NCBI GenBank assembly: GCA_045837725.1
Contig: JBEWZL010000011.1
Span: 496,001-560,000, forward strand
Direction of reading: 5' to 3'
Length of the DNA: 64,000 bases
From: Vermamoeba vermiformis
Taxonomy: Eukaryota
Position 1 is the first letter of the stretch. Each line of letters starts with the position of its first letter. Of the stretch, positions 1 through 12,880 are shown piece after piece. A program made the translations under genes and the position numbers. Under the pieces are notes generated by a model that was not told the DNA's origin, did no database searches, and saw only the letters and a program-made list of their open reading frames with translations.

Positions 1-19
1 ATATATTACTCTTTCTTAC

Positions 20-122
20 CCCTGGCCGTGTTATTCGGAGCCAACCAAACGGGCTCAACCAGATCCGCGAGAGCGGTGCCAATGATAGCAGCGAACAACA
101 GCAAGATAGGTGAATATCGCAT
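20..122 (-). CDS. First exon of a secreted or membrane protein; the gene continues past the window start
   Basis: Reads MRYSPILLLFAAIIGTALADLVEPVWLAPNNTAR (signal-peptide-like), then a GTAAG donor at 19. Confidence 0.6.
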
Positions 123-375
123 CCCTGTTGTAGATGTATCTAACAAACGTTAAAAGGCTCGAAAAATTGGACAAAAGAAAAAAAAACGGTCGAGGATCCC
201 AAATTTAGCGATGATTCTGATTCAAAATAATAATCACGGTTAGCTCCTCAGGCAAATATGACTATCAATATTCGGTTAATGATAATATTATTACGCAAGA
301 TTTATTCAAAATCAAGATTTTGAACGTCTTACGCGCTATGTACATCTGGATGCATCCGGCGAACCGTCACGTTTG

Positions 376-1282
376 TTATTGTGCTTGTTGTTGAGTATTA
401 GTTTCAGCGCTCATTTCTTTTTCTTCATTTACGACAATTGCTCCTTGAAAATCACCTGTTTTAACGTCGAAAAATTGGATCGTCCTTGCTCGTCTGTTTT
501 TGTTCGCCAAATAAGTAATTGTTTCTAGCATGCCCATCGTGCCATTAGGCGCCGTATATCGAAATACTGCTACATCAGGGCTCTATAATAAATTATTTAT
601 TAGCCTTAAATTTTTACATGTACGACGATCGCCATCCGATCCATAAAAAGGATTAAAAGAATCTGCTAGTATTAATTTGCATGAAATGACGTGTTATAGT
701 GGCGATTAAATACATACCAACTCTTGGCCGTATATTTCAAAGTTTTGTAAGCCAGGATCCGATGTCTCGGCGAGTTTTACTCGTCCATCTGCGCACGGGA
801 CCCATTTTGCGTGATAAACTATTGTTTGACCATTTGGGTATGTGTATCTGCATGATAAATGAATAATAAGAATATGTAACTTCCTAAAAGTTTTTCACAC
901 GTAGATTGAGCTCTGAAAAAATAAGAAATAAAATTTTATAAAATAAAAATAATTCTAAATACGTGTTAAATACTACGTCTGTCGGTGAATTAAGTTTATA
1001 TGCCAATTAAACAATTTATGAGATTATTTTAATTTTTTGACTTGCAATAATAAGTCAATTTTCTTTTGGCGGTAGATCTGACCATAAATCACCGTTAATT
1101 ACTTACGTATCTTTCAATTTCCAACAACCGTCCTCTAAAGAAATACGAGCGACGCCAATGTAACTGCTGGATGGACCTTCTTTTTTAGATGTATCCAAAA
1201 ACTTCCAATCTCCGCACCATTTGCCGACCATATGTGGAAATAAATGGTATTGGTGACCTCCTACGACAACTTTTCGGTCCAT
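376..1282 (-). CDS. Three-exon hypothetical protein (~170 aa), possibly a calycin/lipocalin-like beta-barrel (DUF3598-like)
   Basis: Not in the ORF track. Manually spliced as MDRKVVVGGHQYHLFPHMVGKWCGDWKFLD...YTYPNGQTIVYHAKW...LETITYLANKNRRARTIQFFDVKTGDFQGAIVVNEEKE...* with compatible intron phases. The GxW motif and beta-strand pattern suggest the fold. Confidence 0.6.
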
Positions 1283-1344
1283 TTATGGTATTAGTATTAT
1301 TGTGTGTGAATAACTGCCGCACAAAAATTCGATCGACTTTTTAT

Positions 1345-2115
1345 TCAAAAGATTCTGGCGCTAAGCGCCGCTAACATGTACAATATCCGCTTAAAATTCT
1401 CCCAATTGAATACTGTGCTTAATACCAACTTTAATACGGCCCATTGAAAGCCTCGATAGAATCCGCTAAAACCTTCATTGTTCTTGATCTGCTTGAAAAC
1501 TTGAATAGGGCTGCTGTATTTGAGCTCTGTGCCCGCTGAAATTGCTACTCGTTGTTGCATAAGCATAAGAGGATATACTAATGCAATGAACGGTACTTTC
1601 AAGAAAGAAAACTCGAATCCGCTGAATAATCCTCGGAAGCCATCGTTTTTGATTATTTCACTGAAAATATGTCGCAAGCCACTGTATCTCGGAGTATCTC
1701 CGATATCAGCTGCCATCTTGCAATAGGCCAGTTCTACGGGGTACGCCACAACTGACGATACAAAAGCTACTACGAACAGGCCTGCAAATGTCTTCAAGCT
1801 TTGTTTTAAATTATTTGTTTCTTTTTCAACGCTGTTTTGATATCGAGCCCATAATTTGTGCAAAGCAAAAGGAACGACGAACCAGATCACTGTTGAAGCA
1901 GCGATCGCGCCAGATCCACGCCAAAGCGATGTAAATCCTTGCTTTGCGATTATTTTCTTTAACGCATCGATAGGCCCTGAAAATAATATGGAGCCAACGG
2001 TGCCTTGATGTCGCGCGATTTCGCCTTGTGTCGTCAATAAGACATCTATCCGACGAATTGGAGCCATCGTCACGTTTGTAGCTAGAGTTTCTAGGAATGA
2101 ATTGATTGCTTCCAT
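1345..2115 (-). CDS. Divergent mitochondrial carrier (SLC25) family protein, ADP/ATP-carrier-like, intronless
   Basis: Three carrier repeats ending QGFTSLWRG, DGFRGLFSG and EGFSGFYRG. YPVELAYCKMAADIG resembles the ANT motif YPLDxxRTRLAADVG. Confidence 0.8.
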   Translation of the reverse strand: MEAINSFLETLATNVTMAPIRRIDVLLTTQGEIARHQGTVGSILFSGPIDALKKIIAKQGFTSLWRGSGAIAASTVIWFVVPFALHKLWARYQNSVEKETNNLKQSLKTFAGLFVVAFVSSVVAYPVELAYCKMAADIGDTPRYSGLRHIFSEIIKNDGFRGLFSGFEFSFLKVPFIALVYPLMLMQQRVAISAGTELKYSSPIQVFKQIKNNEGFSGFYRGFQWAVLKLVLSTVFNWENFKRILYMLAALSARIF

Positions 2116-2641
2116 TTACTATAAAACAATCGGAATTATTAATAATTCTTTCTTCCTTTCCATCACAGTATTATTTTTAAATTTTCAATAATTTTTACAA
2201 TGACAATTACGCTTGCCATCAGGCCTGAAGCATTAACTTAGATGATATATATTCGTAGAAAAATTGTGTAATTTTTCAAATTAATGGGACGGCGAGAACA
2301 TGAAGATCCCATTCTGGTATTAGCTGTTTTACCTTAGTTTCTGTACAATAAAGAATGCGAAATATAATACTAATATACAAATAATACAATAATGTTGTGA
2401 GAGTCTCCTCTTTTGGTGGATCGGTCTCGTAACAAAGTTTTTTGGTCTGGCTCCATTGAATTCACAAGGTTTGGATCGTATTGCAAAACCTCCGCCACAT
2501 CTTTAAACAACTTACCATGGATTTATCTCGGCCGTAAGCCACAAGCGGCAAATCCCTCGAGAAGAGAGGCGATATTTTAATGTCAAATCGATACCGATCC
2601 TGGCTAAATGCAAACGCCAAAAATTGTTTTGCGATCCTAAT

Positions 2642-4569
2642 ATGTCAACCACAAACAACATGCGCTCCTTAATTTTTATCGCTTTTTCGTTGGTTGGTAT
2701 AGTATTAGGGGTCTCTGCTTTGCCCTTAGTGTCAGACTCCCTTGGATCGAACATGGTTTTGCAATCCAGCCCGAATGCCGCTAAAATTTGGGGTTGGACC
2801 AACAAATTAAACGAAGAAGTGCGCATTAAATTTGATAGCCAAATATATAGTACCGTATCAGACTTGGACGAGTTCGGAAACTTCTTGTGGAGCGTAGATC
2901 TGGCGCCAACAGAGGTAAATATTTAATCAAATTAATATTAGCTTTCGTGTAATTATCTTGAGTCAGTCAAGATAATTAATCAATAATTAATAATAATTTC
3001 TCCGTTTAAAAAAGGCGTCATATCAATCTTACAGAATTGACGTTTCTTCTGCATCTGGCAGCAATGTTACGCTTCATAATATTCTCTTTGGTGACGTTTA
3101 TGTCTGCAGTGGGCAATCAAATATGCAGATGACTGTTAGCTCCACTTTTAATGGTAATCAATAATCGCGCGCCACATCTGTCTGACATTTCCAATTTAGC
3201 AACCCTCTCCATCGCCGAAGCCAACCAATACCCTTATATTCGTTTATTTACGGTTGGTCAGAACACGATCTCCACTACCCCGCTTCCTAACTTTGCAACG
3301 ATTGAACAAAAGTGGCAAGTAGCATCCAATTTGTCCGTTGGCGGCAAACCCTGGACTTATTTCTCATCCTTGTGCTGGAACTATGGTAAACAAATTCATG
3401 ATAAGTACAGAGTGCCCATCGGTTTGGTTTCAAGTAACTGGGGAGGGTAAGTTTTCTTTGATCGTACGATGCATCCAACTAACTTTTTACTAAATGAAGC
3501 ACTTACGTCCAAGCTTGGAGCTCTCCTCACGTATTGCAATCATGCAACATCAATACAAGTCACGTGGCTCAAAACAACGAAGTTGACGTCCATAAGTTTT
3601 CCAAACAAGGAAACCGCGGTCCCAACCCGAACCAACCCTCCGTGCTCTACAACGCAATGATAGTTCCGCTCTTAAAGATGCAAATTAAGGGTGTTTTGTG
3701 GTACCAAGCCGAATCTAACGTCTATCCTGGTGGAGAGAAGCTGTATGCTTGCGTCTTCCCTGCCATGATTGCCGACTGGCGAGCTCGTTGGAACATGGCT
3801 GTCAATCACTTCTTTCCTTTCTTTTTCGTTCAGCTTGCCGCCTATACTCAAGGCCTGAAGGATTTTACTTCGTTGCCCTCGATGAGGCTCAAGCAAGAGG
3901 TCGCTCTTGGTATTGTTAACGCTAGTATGGCTACAGCTGTAGATTTGGTAAGCAAGTTATCAATTCTATTTACAGCAGTGGAACTAACCATATTAGGGTG
4001 ATTTAAGTTCAGACGCTGGCAACATTCATCCTCGTGACAAGCAAACCATTGCCGCTCGTATAGTTGCAAGTAGGTGTCAAGTGAGGTCTAACCCTAACAC
4101 GCTTTCTGACACTTTCACAGTCGCTGATACAATAATCTACGCCTCTTCTTCCGCCACTTGGTACATGGGCCCAATTCCTTCATCCATTCAAGTGACTCCC
4201 TCTGACACTCCTGAACTCGAGGTTTTGGTCACTTTTGACACGCAAAATGACAGCTTGGTCTTCACCACTGCCTCCTGTCCGCCTTCCATTGACAGCCAGA
4301 ATTGCAACGGATTCGACCTCGTCACCTCAAATGGTCAAGCAGTTCAGCCGTACAGAGTTATTCCCGGCACTCAAGGTGTCACTCTTTGGTTCTTGTTACA
4401 AGACGGTCAAGTTGGAGTCACTCTCAGGTACCATAGGCGGGAGTTAAATATCCCGATGCGATATAATAACTATTCTTTCAGATACGGCTTTGCTAACTGG
4501 CCTTTGATCACAATATACAACACTCATGGCATTCCTGCTCGTCCTTTTGTGCTTCCTCTCTACAATTAA
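2642..4569 (+). CDS. SIAE: Sialate O-acetylesterase (SASA/SGNH family), secreted, multi-exon; start at 2642 or 2660
   Basis: Signal peptide plus the motifs SNMVLQ, GDVYVCSGQSNM, PIGLVSSNWGG, LYNAMIVPL, GVLWYQAESN, FFFVQLA, NIHPRDK and RYGFANWP. Confidence 0.9.
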
Positions 4570-5118
4570 TGTGGCAATAATGCCAGTAAATACTTACCCT
4601 AATACACGTTGTCGCGGTAATGATAACGAAAGCCTGAATTGTTCTTGTAGGCAAGAAAATGCTCGGATCTGGCTCCGTTGCGGAAGCAGCTGTTCGTATA
4701 ATCATCGGAGTCAACTTTAGTTTTGTTTTGACTCAAAGAAGACAAGACAACGGAGATGGTGTCAGCGTCGCACTGGAGGTAGTCGACCCAAGTGAAGGAC
4801 AAGGAGGAAGATGCAGTTGAGTTAGAACTGACGTTAATAGCGTTCTCTGTTATCTTAGAGTCGTCGCTGTTCTCAGAATTGAATCTGGTGACTAAAGCAC
4901 AGGTTGATCAAATTGGACTTCGGTGAGGGATACGTTTTCAACAGGCCTGTTGATGCGGATAACAAGGCCGAAGATCTTATCAGCGGTTTTGCAAGTGTCG
5001 ATCTTGGAGTCGTTCGAAGAAGGAGTAGTGTCAATGTTACACAAAATTTTAGTTTTATTATACAAGCTTTTAAATTTATCTACAAGAAAAGGGTATCTAT
5101 ATATTATACTTATGGCTC

Positions 5119-8100
5119 TTATTCTATTCTTTTTACAGCTCCGATTCCCTCGCCGTTGTTCTTAATCGCAGGCGCGGATTTGGAATCCAACAGGAACGTA
5201 ACTTCAGCTACCTTCTTGTTGCCCTTAATTGACTCATGTACAAACTGTTCTGAGACGATGAAGATTGGCCTTTTAATTGCCGCTAAGATCTGCGGTCCTT
5301 TTTCCTCGTACTCATCTTTTGTCGCCAAGTAATGCGTTGTCTAATGATTTAATGTTAGTTCTATAATATTATATTATTATCGTATGTATGAGTACTTACA
5401 TGTTTTGTAGTATATTGCAACACAACACCGCCGTTCTCGACAATTTTTTCGATCAGATCTGGCCGATCGACTGACTTGCCGAGACGGAAGGTTAAACCAT
5501 CAAAACAACCACCTGATGTCGGCTTCTGTATTGAAGTATGCTAAATAATTGGTTAGTATGAATTACAAGCCAAGAATATGCCAGTACGTACTCGCTGACG
5601 ATTAACAGATCCTGCTTTTCTTCCTCGCTTCTTTTTAGGGGGCCGTCCTACTCTACCAGGCTAATAATAACATATGTTAGTAAATAATAATAACTATTAA
5701 GAAGTAACAAAAAAGAAGAGGATTAGCGATCCACCTCCGGTTCGATTTTTAAATAAATTATGACTTACCTTCTTATCATCGTCAGTACCAACCTCTTCAT
5801 AATCCTCTTCGTCTTTCTTTCGTCTCTTCTTGCGTTTACCTCCGCTATCTTCATCGTCCTCTTCTTCGTCCTCGCGCTTCCGTTTCTTCGTTGCGCCAGG
5901 CGTAGTACTACTTGCTGCTGCAGTCGCAGACTTATTCTTCGATTTTGATTCGCGCGACGAGTCATCTTCTATTTCGGATGAATGCGAAGAGTCCCAGTCT
6001 AATAGCTTCTTTTCGATCTGTTGAAAACAAAAAGTCGTTAGATACTATTCGGACCGATTATTGAGCCAAATCAGTATTAAATATCGTAATGTTAGGCTAG
6101 GTTATTGTTATTCTGAAGTAATAAGAGGTTCAATTTGAGCTGTTACGCGATGGAAATTTCATTCAAAAATTTTATCAAATTTATTTTTTGTAACGATGTA
6201 TTAGCTACTTACCTCAACATCAGAATGCGACAGATTCAAGCCAACAGTGCGTTCTAATTCTCTTCTAAAGTCAAAGACGAGTTCTACGTCTTCTTTCGAG
6301 ATCTCTTTATGCAACTTCGCATCTCGTAACGTAGATTCGATTAAGTAGTTCAAGTTCTGTACAACGAATGGTATATATATCTAAAATAATACATTAATAT
6401 AACGAAGGCAATATTTTTTGAGCAGAGGCGCTTACTCTTTCTTCGGTAGTAAATTTCTTCAAAAATAGTCCTCGATGTTTTGCCACATCCACGACTTGGT
6501 TCAAAAATTTGTTCTTTTCGTCGTTCTTATTCGCTCTGCAGTGCAGATTTCCAACAGTCTTAAATAGAACGATAATAGTGTCCCGATCTGCGTTGGAAAA
6601 TTGATCGGTAAACTGTTGTGGTGCTCTCGACAAAAACTTCAATATTAAATTGGTGCCATTTGTTATTATATCGTGCTTATAGTTCTGATCGTCGGATAAT
6701 ATTTCTAACAGCTTCACTGCTTCGAGTTTAACTTCTTCGTTGCCCTTCAATTTGTTATTCAGGCAATCTACAAAGCAAAAAATTAGAATATAATTTCTAA
6801 TAATATTATACTTTGATAGTAATAATATCCGTATTGAAAATAATACTATTACAGCAGATCTGCAAAATAAATTTGCGCGCAAAACTTACCTGAAGTTAAG
6901 TCTATTGTAGAGCCTATTAATTGTTGAAATTTGCTGTTGGCGCTAGACGCAGCCATTGTATTCAAGAACGGTGGCCGTTCTTCTTCGCAAAATCGATAAA
7001 TTAATTTCATACAGCTGTTGATGACCGAGGTGCCAAATTTATAATCCTAATAAACCATATTAATACAATTCCGATATATATTATAGCGGTATTATACGTA
7101 CCTTTAGCACGTCGTTGAGTGTATCAAGAAAAGTACCGTCTTCCCAACGATTTTTATCCAAAATTTTCTCGACGAACTCTTCAGCCATGCATAGCGTATC
7201 CATGCAATCGAAAATAGACATTAAGCACTTAGTGACCTATATTAAGAAATAATTATTAATAAAATGAGACCTAAATTATTCTCTGACCCGTCACAAAGTC
7301 ATCGGAAAAATATTCAAAAATATGTAAATTTCAATAATCGCTCCGATGTGCTTCAATAATGATATATTAATACGTACCAATGCACTATAAGCCTCGCCTT
7401 TGATGCTGAATGTACTGCGATGTTTTGTGACCAATCTCGCGGCATCAAAAGTTGCGGTGATAAATGTTTCTAACTTTGGGTGATCAATTAACGCGTCCAA
7501 AAATGGCTGACGCTTGCTGTCAAACTCTAAATCGATCACATAGTCCACCATTAAGTAGCACGTGCCTATAATATTTACACAACTCTCTCCAGTTCGAAGA
7601 TCTGAAATTGAAAATTAAAAATAAATTCAATAATCCGAAATAAGCAAGGGAAATTAATTTAATACGATTTATATGAGTTGAATCAACCAAGGATTTCGGT
7701 AAAGAAATGAAATTTTGCAGATTTGAAAAGAAAGATCTTGGAAAAGTAATAGAATAATTTGAATGTTAGGAATAAAATGATCACCTGTAGTATTCGACAT
7801 GGTTTGAAGAGACACGACCTAAATTAAATAATTGGTTATTAAAGGCAGTATCTAAGGTACTTTGCGCAGATGGCGCCAAAATGAATTCAATTTTCCGTTA
7901 TTGATTAAAATTAAGAAGGCTATATAATTTAGACTCGAAAAGTAGAAATATTAATTTAAATAATTATTTACAAGCCTGTAGAAATAATTATTCTACTTAC
8001 CAGCATAAACACGCAGACATCCAGAATTAGATCGACTTTTCTATTGATTTGTTTTTCTAAATCACCGTGACATTTTTTGCTGAGTCTAATAAGATGGAAT

Positions 8101-8520
8101 AACAACTTTATGCCATGCAGAAGGTAATCGTTGACCCAAAATTTTGGATCTTCTTTGATCAAGCACGTAATTAGGTGACCCGGGATATTTCTGCATAATC
8201 GAACCAGATCTACTATTTTCTTTGCTTCGGATGTTTTTTCGTCGGTAACTTCTAATAATATATTTCCTATAATTCAATCGATGCATTAGTAACGCGAAAA
8301 GTTGAACGCCTTTCGGAGATGGAGCAAAAAAAATTCTGGAAATTTGCATAGGCTTACCATCTCGTATAACCATGGCTTTCTTTAATTCTCTAGGTGACAT
8401 TTTCCATAATAATTCGACTAAAGTAAAATAATCTTTCAGATCGTCTTCTTTTACAGGGCTCATGGGCCTCGGAGGACCGGATGTCGGTTTGGGACCGCTA
8501 TTTCGTAATGGCGTCGTCAT
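5119..8520 (-). CDS. Large multi-exon protein: helical (ARM/HEAT-like) N-terminal region, acidic linker, C-terminal BRCT domain
   Basis: Spliced C-terminus reads FDGLTFRLGKSVDRPDLIEKIVENGGVVLQYTTKHTTHYLAT...KRPIFIVSEQFVHESIK, a BRCT pattern. Many GT-AG introns link the upstream ORF fragments. Confidence 0.65.
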
Positions 8521-8945
8521 TTATACACGCATTATTACAGTTGTTGTGCTTGGGGTCATTTCTGAGCAAAAATAAATAATTTTCGGCTTTCTCCTTCATT
8601 TTAACTTCCTCCGCAGAAATCCTTCGTAAAATCCATTAGATGGCACCGTCCAAACAAATTTACAACTTCTTTCATACTGCAGGTTAAGAAGAAGCTTGTT
8701 AACAATGTCTTGCTTTGTTCGTAACAAATCGTCCGCACGCAGACTCTGGATTTGTAGAGCAGAGTTCGTCAACTGTTTTTCTACCCAATGAAAAAATAGC
8801 CATTAATTTGCGTTTGCAAGGTAGTGCTTAAAATTGTAAAATTGTGTTATTTTGTTGCCGTGCGACGGAAAATTCTGGCGCCGAATTGTAATTACATTTT
8901 ATTTGCTTTACAATACGAGCACTACTGTACAAAAATACATTAATC

Positions 8946-11478
8946 ATGAATAAGACAGAGGTACGTACCTGTGACAAATTATACGTTCGTCCTCAGGCTG
9001 CCAAGCTTTTGGATTCGTTCTATTTTTTTGTTTACACTAACTAATTCCCTTGTTTCATTAGAATATACCAGAATTAAATATAAGCAATATTTTGCCCGAA
9101 ATATTTGAAGTCATCGTGGAAAATTTATTGGATTATGAAGATCCCGCGCTTGTTTCGGCATCCAACAAACATTTTCAGCTTCAAAAAACTCTTTTTCCCT
9201 GGTGTTTAGGTAAATATGGTAGTTATTTTTAATAGATTACTAATCAAATCGGCAGAACTTCAACCCAGCGTCGGCATGACTCAAGACAAACACAATCCAC
9301 CAGATTTGTTCGGCGCGGATCAAGAATCCCTTGAATTAGACCCGCCTAATACTAAATTAGGCTTTAAAAGATCATTAATAGGCTACCACAACGTGCTCCA
9401 GCTGCGTCTAGTCTCAACAATGCTCAAACAAAAAGTAGATCAGATTCCTTTCGTTACTGTGCGCGGTCAGATCGACAAACTTTTCACTGAAAATTTATCT
9501 GAGCTACCTAATTTACATGATATTTGTATCACATTGCGAGGACAAGCCTATATTGCAGAATTGAAGAGTAAATGGCCAAGGATCTTGTCAGACTACGTGG
9601 ATCGGTTCTCAAAAAAGGAAGAAGAGAAGCAAAAAATACTGAATATGATGAACAGCTTGCATAAGTCAATAACATATACTTCACATAGCAGACAAGAGGA
9701 CTATAATGGCGAAGTTTATGGCAAAACAACGTATGCCCGATTCGAATTTGATTTGGGCACTGAACAAGGTACTATTAACGCTATATATTAGATTAAAATT
9801 AATATAAATACAGCGGTGGAGATTAGCATTAGGATATCACACTGTTGGGATGTTAGGCACTATAATTGGTACACGGAAGTTAGCGTCACCGCTACGAACA
9901 AGAATTTTACTCCGTTAGTGCAAAAAAGCGGCAAAAATAGCACTGAAGGAAGGATGATCTGTCATTTACTCGAATTCGAGAAAGATGAAGGAGATATTAC
10001 TAGGACGGAGTGGAATCCAGTTTTGACAACTTTGTAAGTTAATTATTTAAAGCTGTAATATAATAATGTATATCAATCTCGCACGTACTAACAAAATATT
10101 GTTAAGAGTATGCAACAAGCTTGGTCTGAACGAAAATGAATGGCGAACTTCTGGATCACATCTACTTATCGAGTTCTTTTTGCTCGCTGCAGGTACTGCT
10201 TTTAAATACTTATACTAATATATATACTGAATATCGACGTTAATAAGGCGAGTCCAAGTTTACTCACTTTGTACCAATTGTGATGGGCTTGGATAAAACT
10301 GCGTTTGAACGCAACAAAAATCTAATAATAGTCGATGCGGATAATAATAAGAAGAATAAGAATATAAAAGATACTGATTCAGAAAAACTAGCTGCACGTC
10401 AGGTACGTTATTAGTTTGTTTAATGAACATTAAGCCGTTGACGGTTAAAAACCATTCATTTCCCCTAGACTAAACGCTAATATTCGATATCTAACGTATT
10501 TAAGAAGCCCAATTAACAATTTAATGCAGAAGGTAGCCGAGCTAGTAAAAGAATTCCAAGCCCAATTTTTAAGCAAAAATTTCGTCGGTTTAAGAAGCCA
10601 AGAACGATATTTAATGAATATAAGGAATCAATTAGGTATTCATATAGCTTTAATTCTTCGAAAACGAATAATAATTATTTTATTTTAAAGATGCGTCAGA
10701 TGCGCTACTGAAGATTAAGAAAAATGCAGAAAAGCTTGAAATTTCGAAGTACATCGATTCGATCTCGTATATACGCGATATTTCAGTGGACTCAGGAGAG
10801 TACGGACGATTGGATTCGTTTTATATCAAAGCGACTATCAAAACTGAAGAAGGCGGAGAATTCGTTATTTGGGCCTTAGAAAAAGTAGGAATGGGCTACC
10901 ATACTCCCTCCGAATATGTCGCCTTTTATATCATGCCGTTGAATCGCATCAGCGCTCAGGAACTGAAAATTGAAATTGGCGAGCAAAAGACCGTTTATTA
11001 TCATTTCAACGAGGCCCATATTATAACGGATCAGCCACTTTGCGAAAATATATTGAAGGCAATGTTATATACATTCTTTATTTGCGATTTGCGCTTAACT
11101 CGTAATGTTTAGCATTGGAAGATCCGCGGATTTAGAAAGAAAAAAGGAGAAAGCGAGTCCGATTCAGCATTAGAGGACTCTATGGATATTAAATATTCAG
11201 GAGAAATAACAGATGAGGACGAAGAAGAAGATGAACGATCATTTTTGACGATTTTCAACGAAGTAATGCACATCCGACGCGTACTGCGGAATAGACAACC
11301 AAACGAAGACGAAGATGACGATGAATATTCCTATGAGTCTGGAAAGGCCTATGATATTATTAGAGACGACTGGGATATCAGCGACTACGCGAAATTTTCT
11401 ACATTTGGAAACAAAAAGCCAAAAGCCTATTCTGATTCCGATGACTATGATTCAATGATGTGGAGCGGCTCTTCGTAG
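8946..11478 (+). CDS. Multi-exon hypothetical protein with an F-box-like N-terminus and acidic C-terminus
   Basis: ATG-containing micro-exon at 8946. Exon 2 reads ISNILPEIFEVIVENL. A chain of ORFs is separated by GT-AG introns. Confidence 0.55.
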
Positions 11479-11639
11479 TTTATATTATAAAATTAGGCCA
11501 GTTTCTTTCTCAACGCCTGCAGGTTAGATAGGAGAGTTCTCTGATCGAGTTAAAGGCGTAGCTTAAAATAATACAATAGTATTAGTAGGGCCTTTGTTTG
11601 GATATAAATGCATTTATTTACATACAATATTACGATATA

Positions 11640-12577
11640 TTACATCTGTTCCTTTTCTTTACGTTTTGTTTCTTTAAAACAGACCTTGGATCCGCTCCCT
11701 CAAATACCTCCTTTGTGTACAAGAATTGCGAAGGTCCTGCATCCTTCAATAACAAGCCCTTATCTACGAACAAGCGAACGACATCATAGACGATAGATTT
11801 AGCCTGCTCTGCTTTATCTTCACCAAAAGTTTGGTACGCTTTCAGGCCGATGCCGGATGCGTATTCCTGAACTACGTTAAATGGTACTTCTATATCTTCT
11901 GAAGGGCAATGATAATGTAGGCCTACTATAATCTAAGGACAATTAGTAACGAGCATCATAACAAATTGAAATTTACCATCATTGGAGTTGGAATGTGGAG
12001 CAAATCCGAACAAATAGCCTGAGCCTCTTCGATTCGCTGCTTTAAATGCTCGAACGACTTCATGCACAATGCCGTATATATCATAAATACACAATACGAG
12101 TTGCGGTAGGCCGCGATTCTCTCATCTGAATCCAGAATAAAGTTAGAAAATTACAATATCGGAGTCAAAATTAGTACATTTTTGATCGAATCTGGGCGCA
12201 ATGCTTCCCCAATAAACGCCAACGGTATAATCCTCGAACTTGATCTGAAATCCAAAAAAATTAGATCCAACGCAGATGAGCATATTTAAATTCGTACTGT
12301 CGCTGGACCACTGTCTATGTAAGCTACGGTCTCGTTAAAAGCTGATAAACTAGGAATTATTATGACAGTTCGACATAAATTATTACTTACGATGCCAAAT
12401 CCCGGCCGCAAACAACGAACTGAATACTGCCCCCAAATCAGCCTCGTTAAATCGATATTTTGCTCCAACTTTTGAGTCACCGACACCTGTCACGAAGCTA
12501 ATCATTGGGTACGGCACTTTCGTAGCGTGGTGCAAATACTTCATCGCGTTTTCATCCGCCCATAGATCGTCGCCCAT
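11640..12577 (-). CDS. Highly divergent Ras-superfamily (Rho/Rab-like) pseudo-GTPase, multi-exon
   Basis: Spliced product has segments ordered like a small G domain: FVTGVGDSKVGA, AYRNSYCVFMIY, KSFEHLKQRIEE, PTPMMIIVGL, VVQEYASGIGL. Canonical G-box residues are absent. Confidence 0.55.
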
Positions 12578-12807
12578 CTTGCTTAATCTGCACTATTCTA
12601 ATAATAATAGATAAAACAAAAAAATAAAGTTATTTTAGAACGAACCAATCACGAGCGTCTTATTTTTAAAAGCAGAACGTGCACTGACAAAGTCCAACGT
12701 CGCGACAAGAAAAAAACTAAATGAAACGGGCCAAATGGCCAAATGAGTGAGACACGTAAGCAAGGAAGCAGCCGAAAGTATCGTCATCGCCAAAAGCAAA
12801 AAGAATT

Positions 12808-12880
12808 AGCCTCCTGCGGGGGTCGAACCCGCGACCTTTGGCTTAGAAGGCCAACGCTCTACCATCTGAGCTAAGGAGGC
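12808..12880 (-). tRNA. trnR-UCU: tRNA-Arg (anticodon UCU), intronless
   Basis: GCCTCCTTAGCTCAGATGGTAGAGCGTTGGCCTTCTAAGCCAAAGGTCGCGGGTTCGACCCCCGCAGGAGGC folds as a full cloverleaf with A and B boxes and a downstream TTTTT Pol III terminator. Confidence 0.95.

Noticed and set aside
4890-4933. GTATCCCT as a U12-type donor
   Set aside because: No TCCTTAAC-like branch site and no supported exon context.
8086-8360. Apparent frameshift in the first ORF of the BRCT gene
   Set aside because: Explained by a GT-AG intron at ~8268-8357.
12640-12787. Upstream hydrophobic exon (MTILSAAS...) for the pseudo-GTPase gene
   Set aside because: The donor phase leads to an in-frame TAG or a frameshift, and the region contains a CCAAT box, so it is more likely promoter. 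I prefer the start at 12577.
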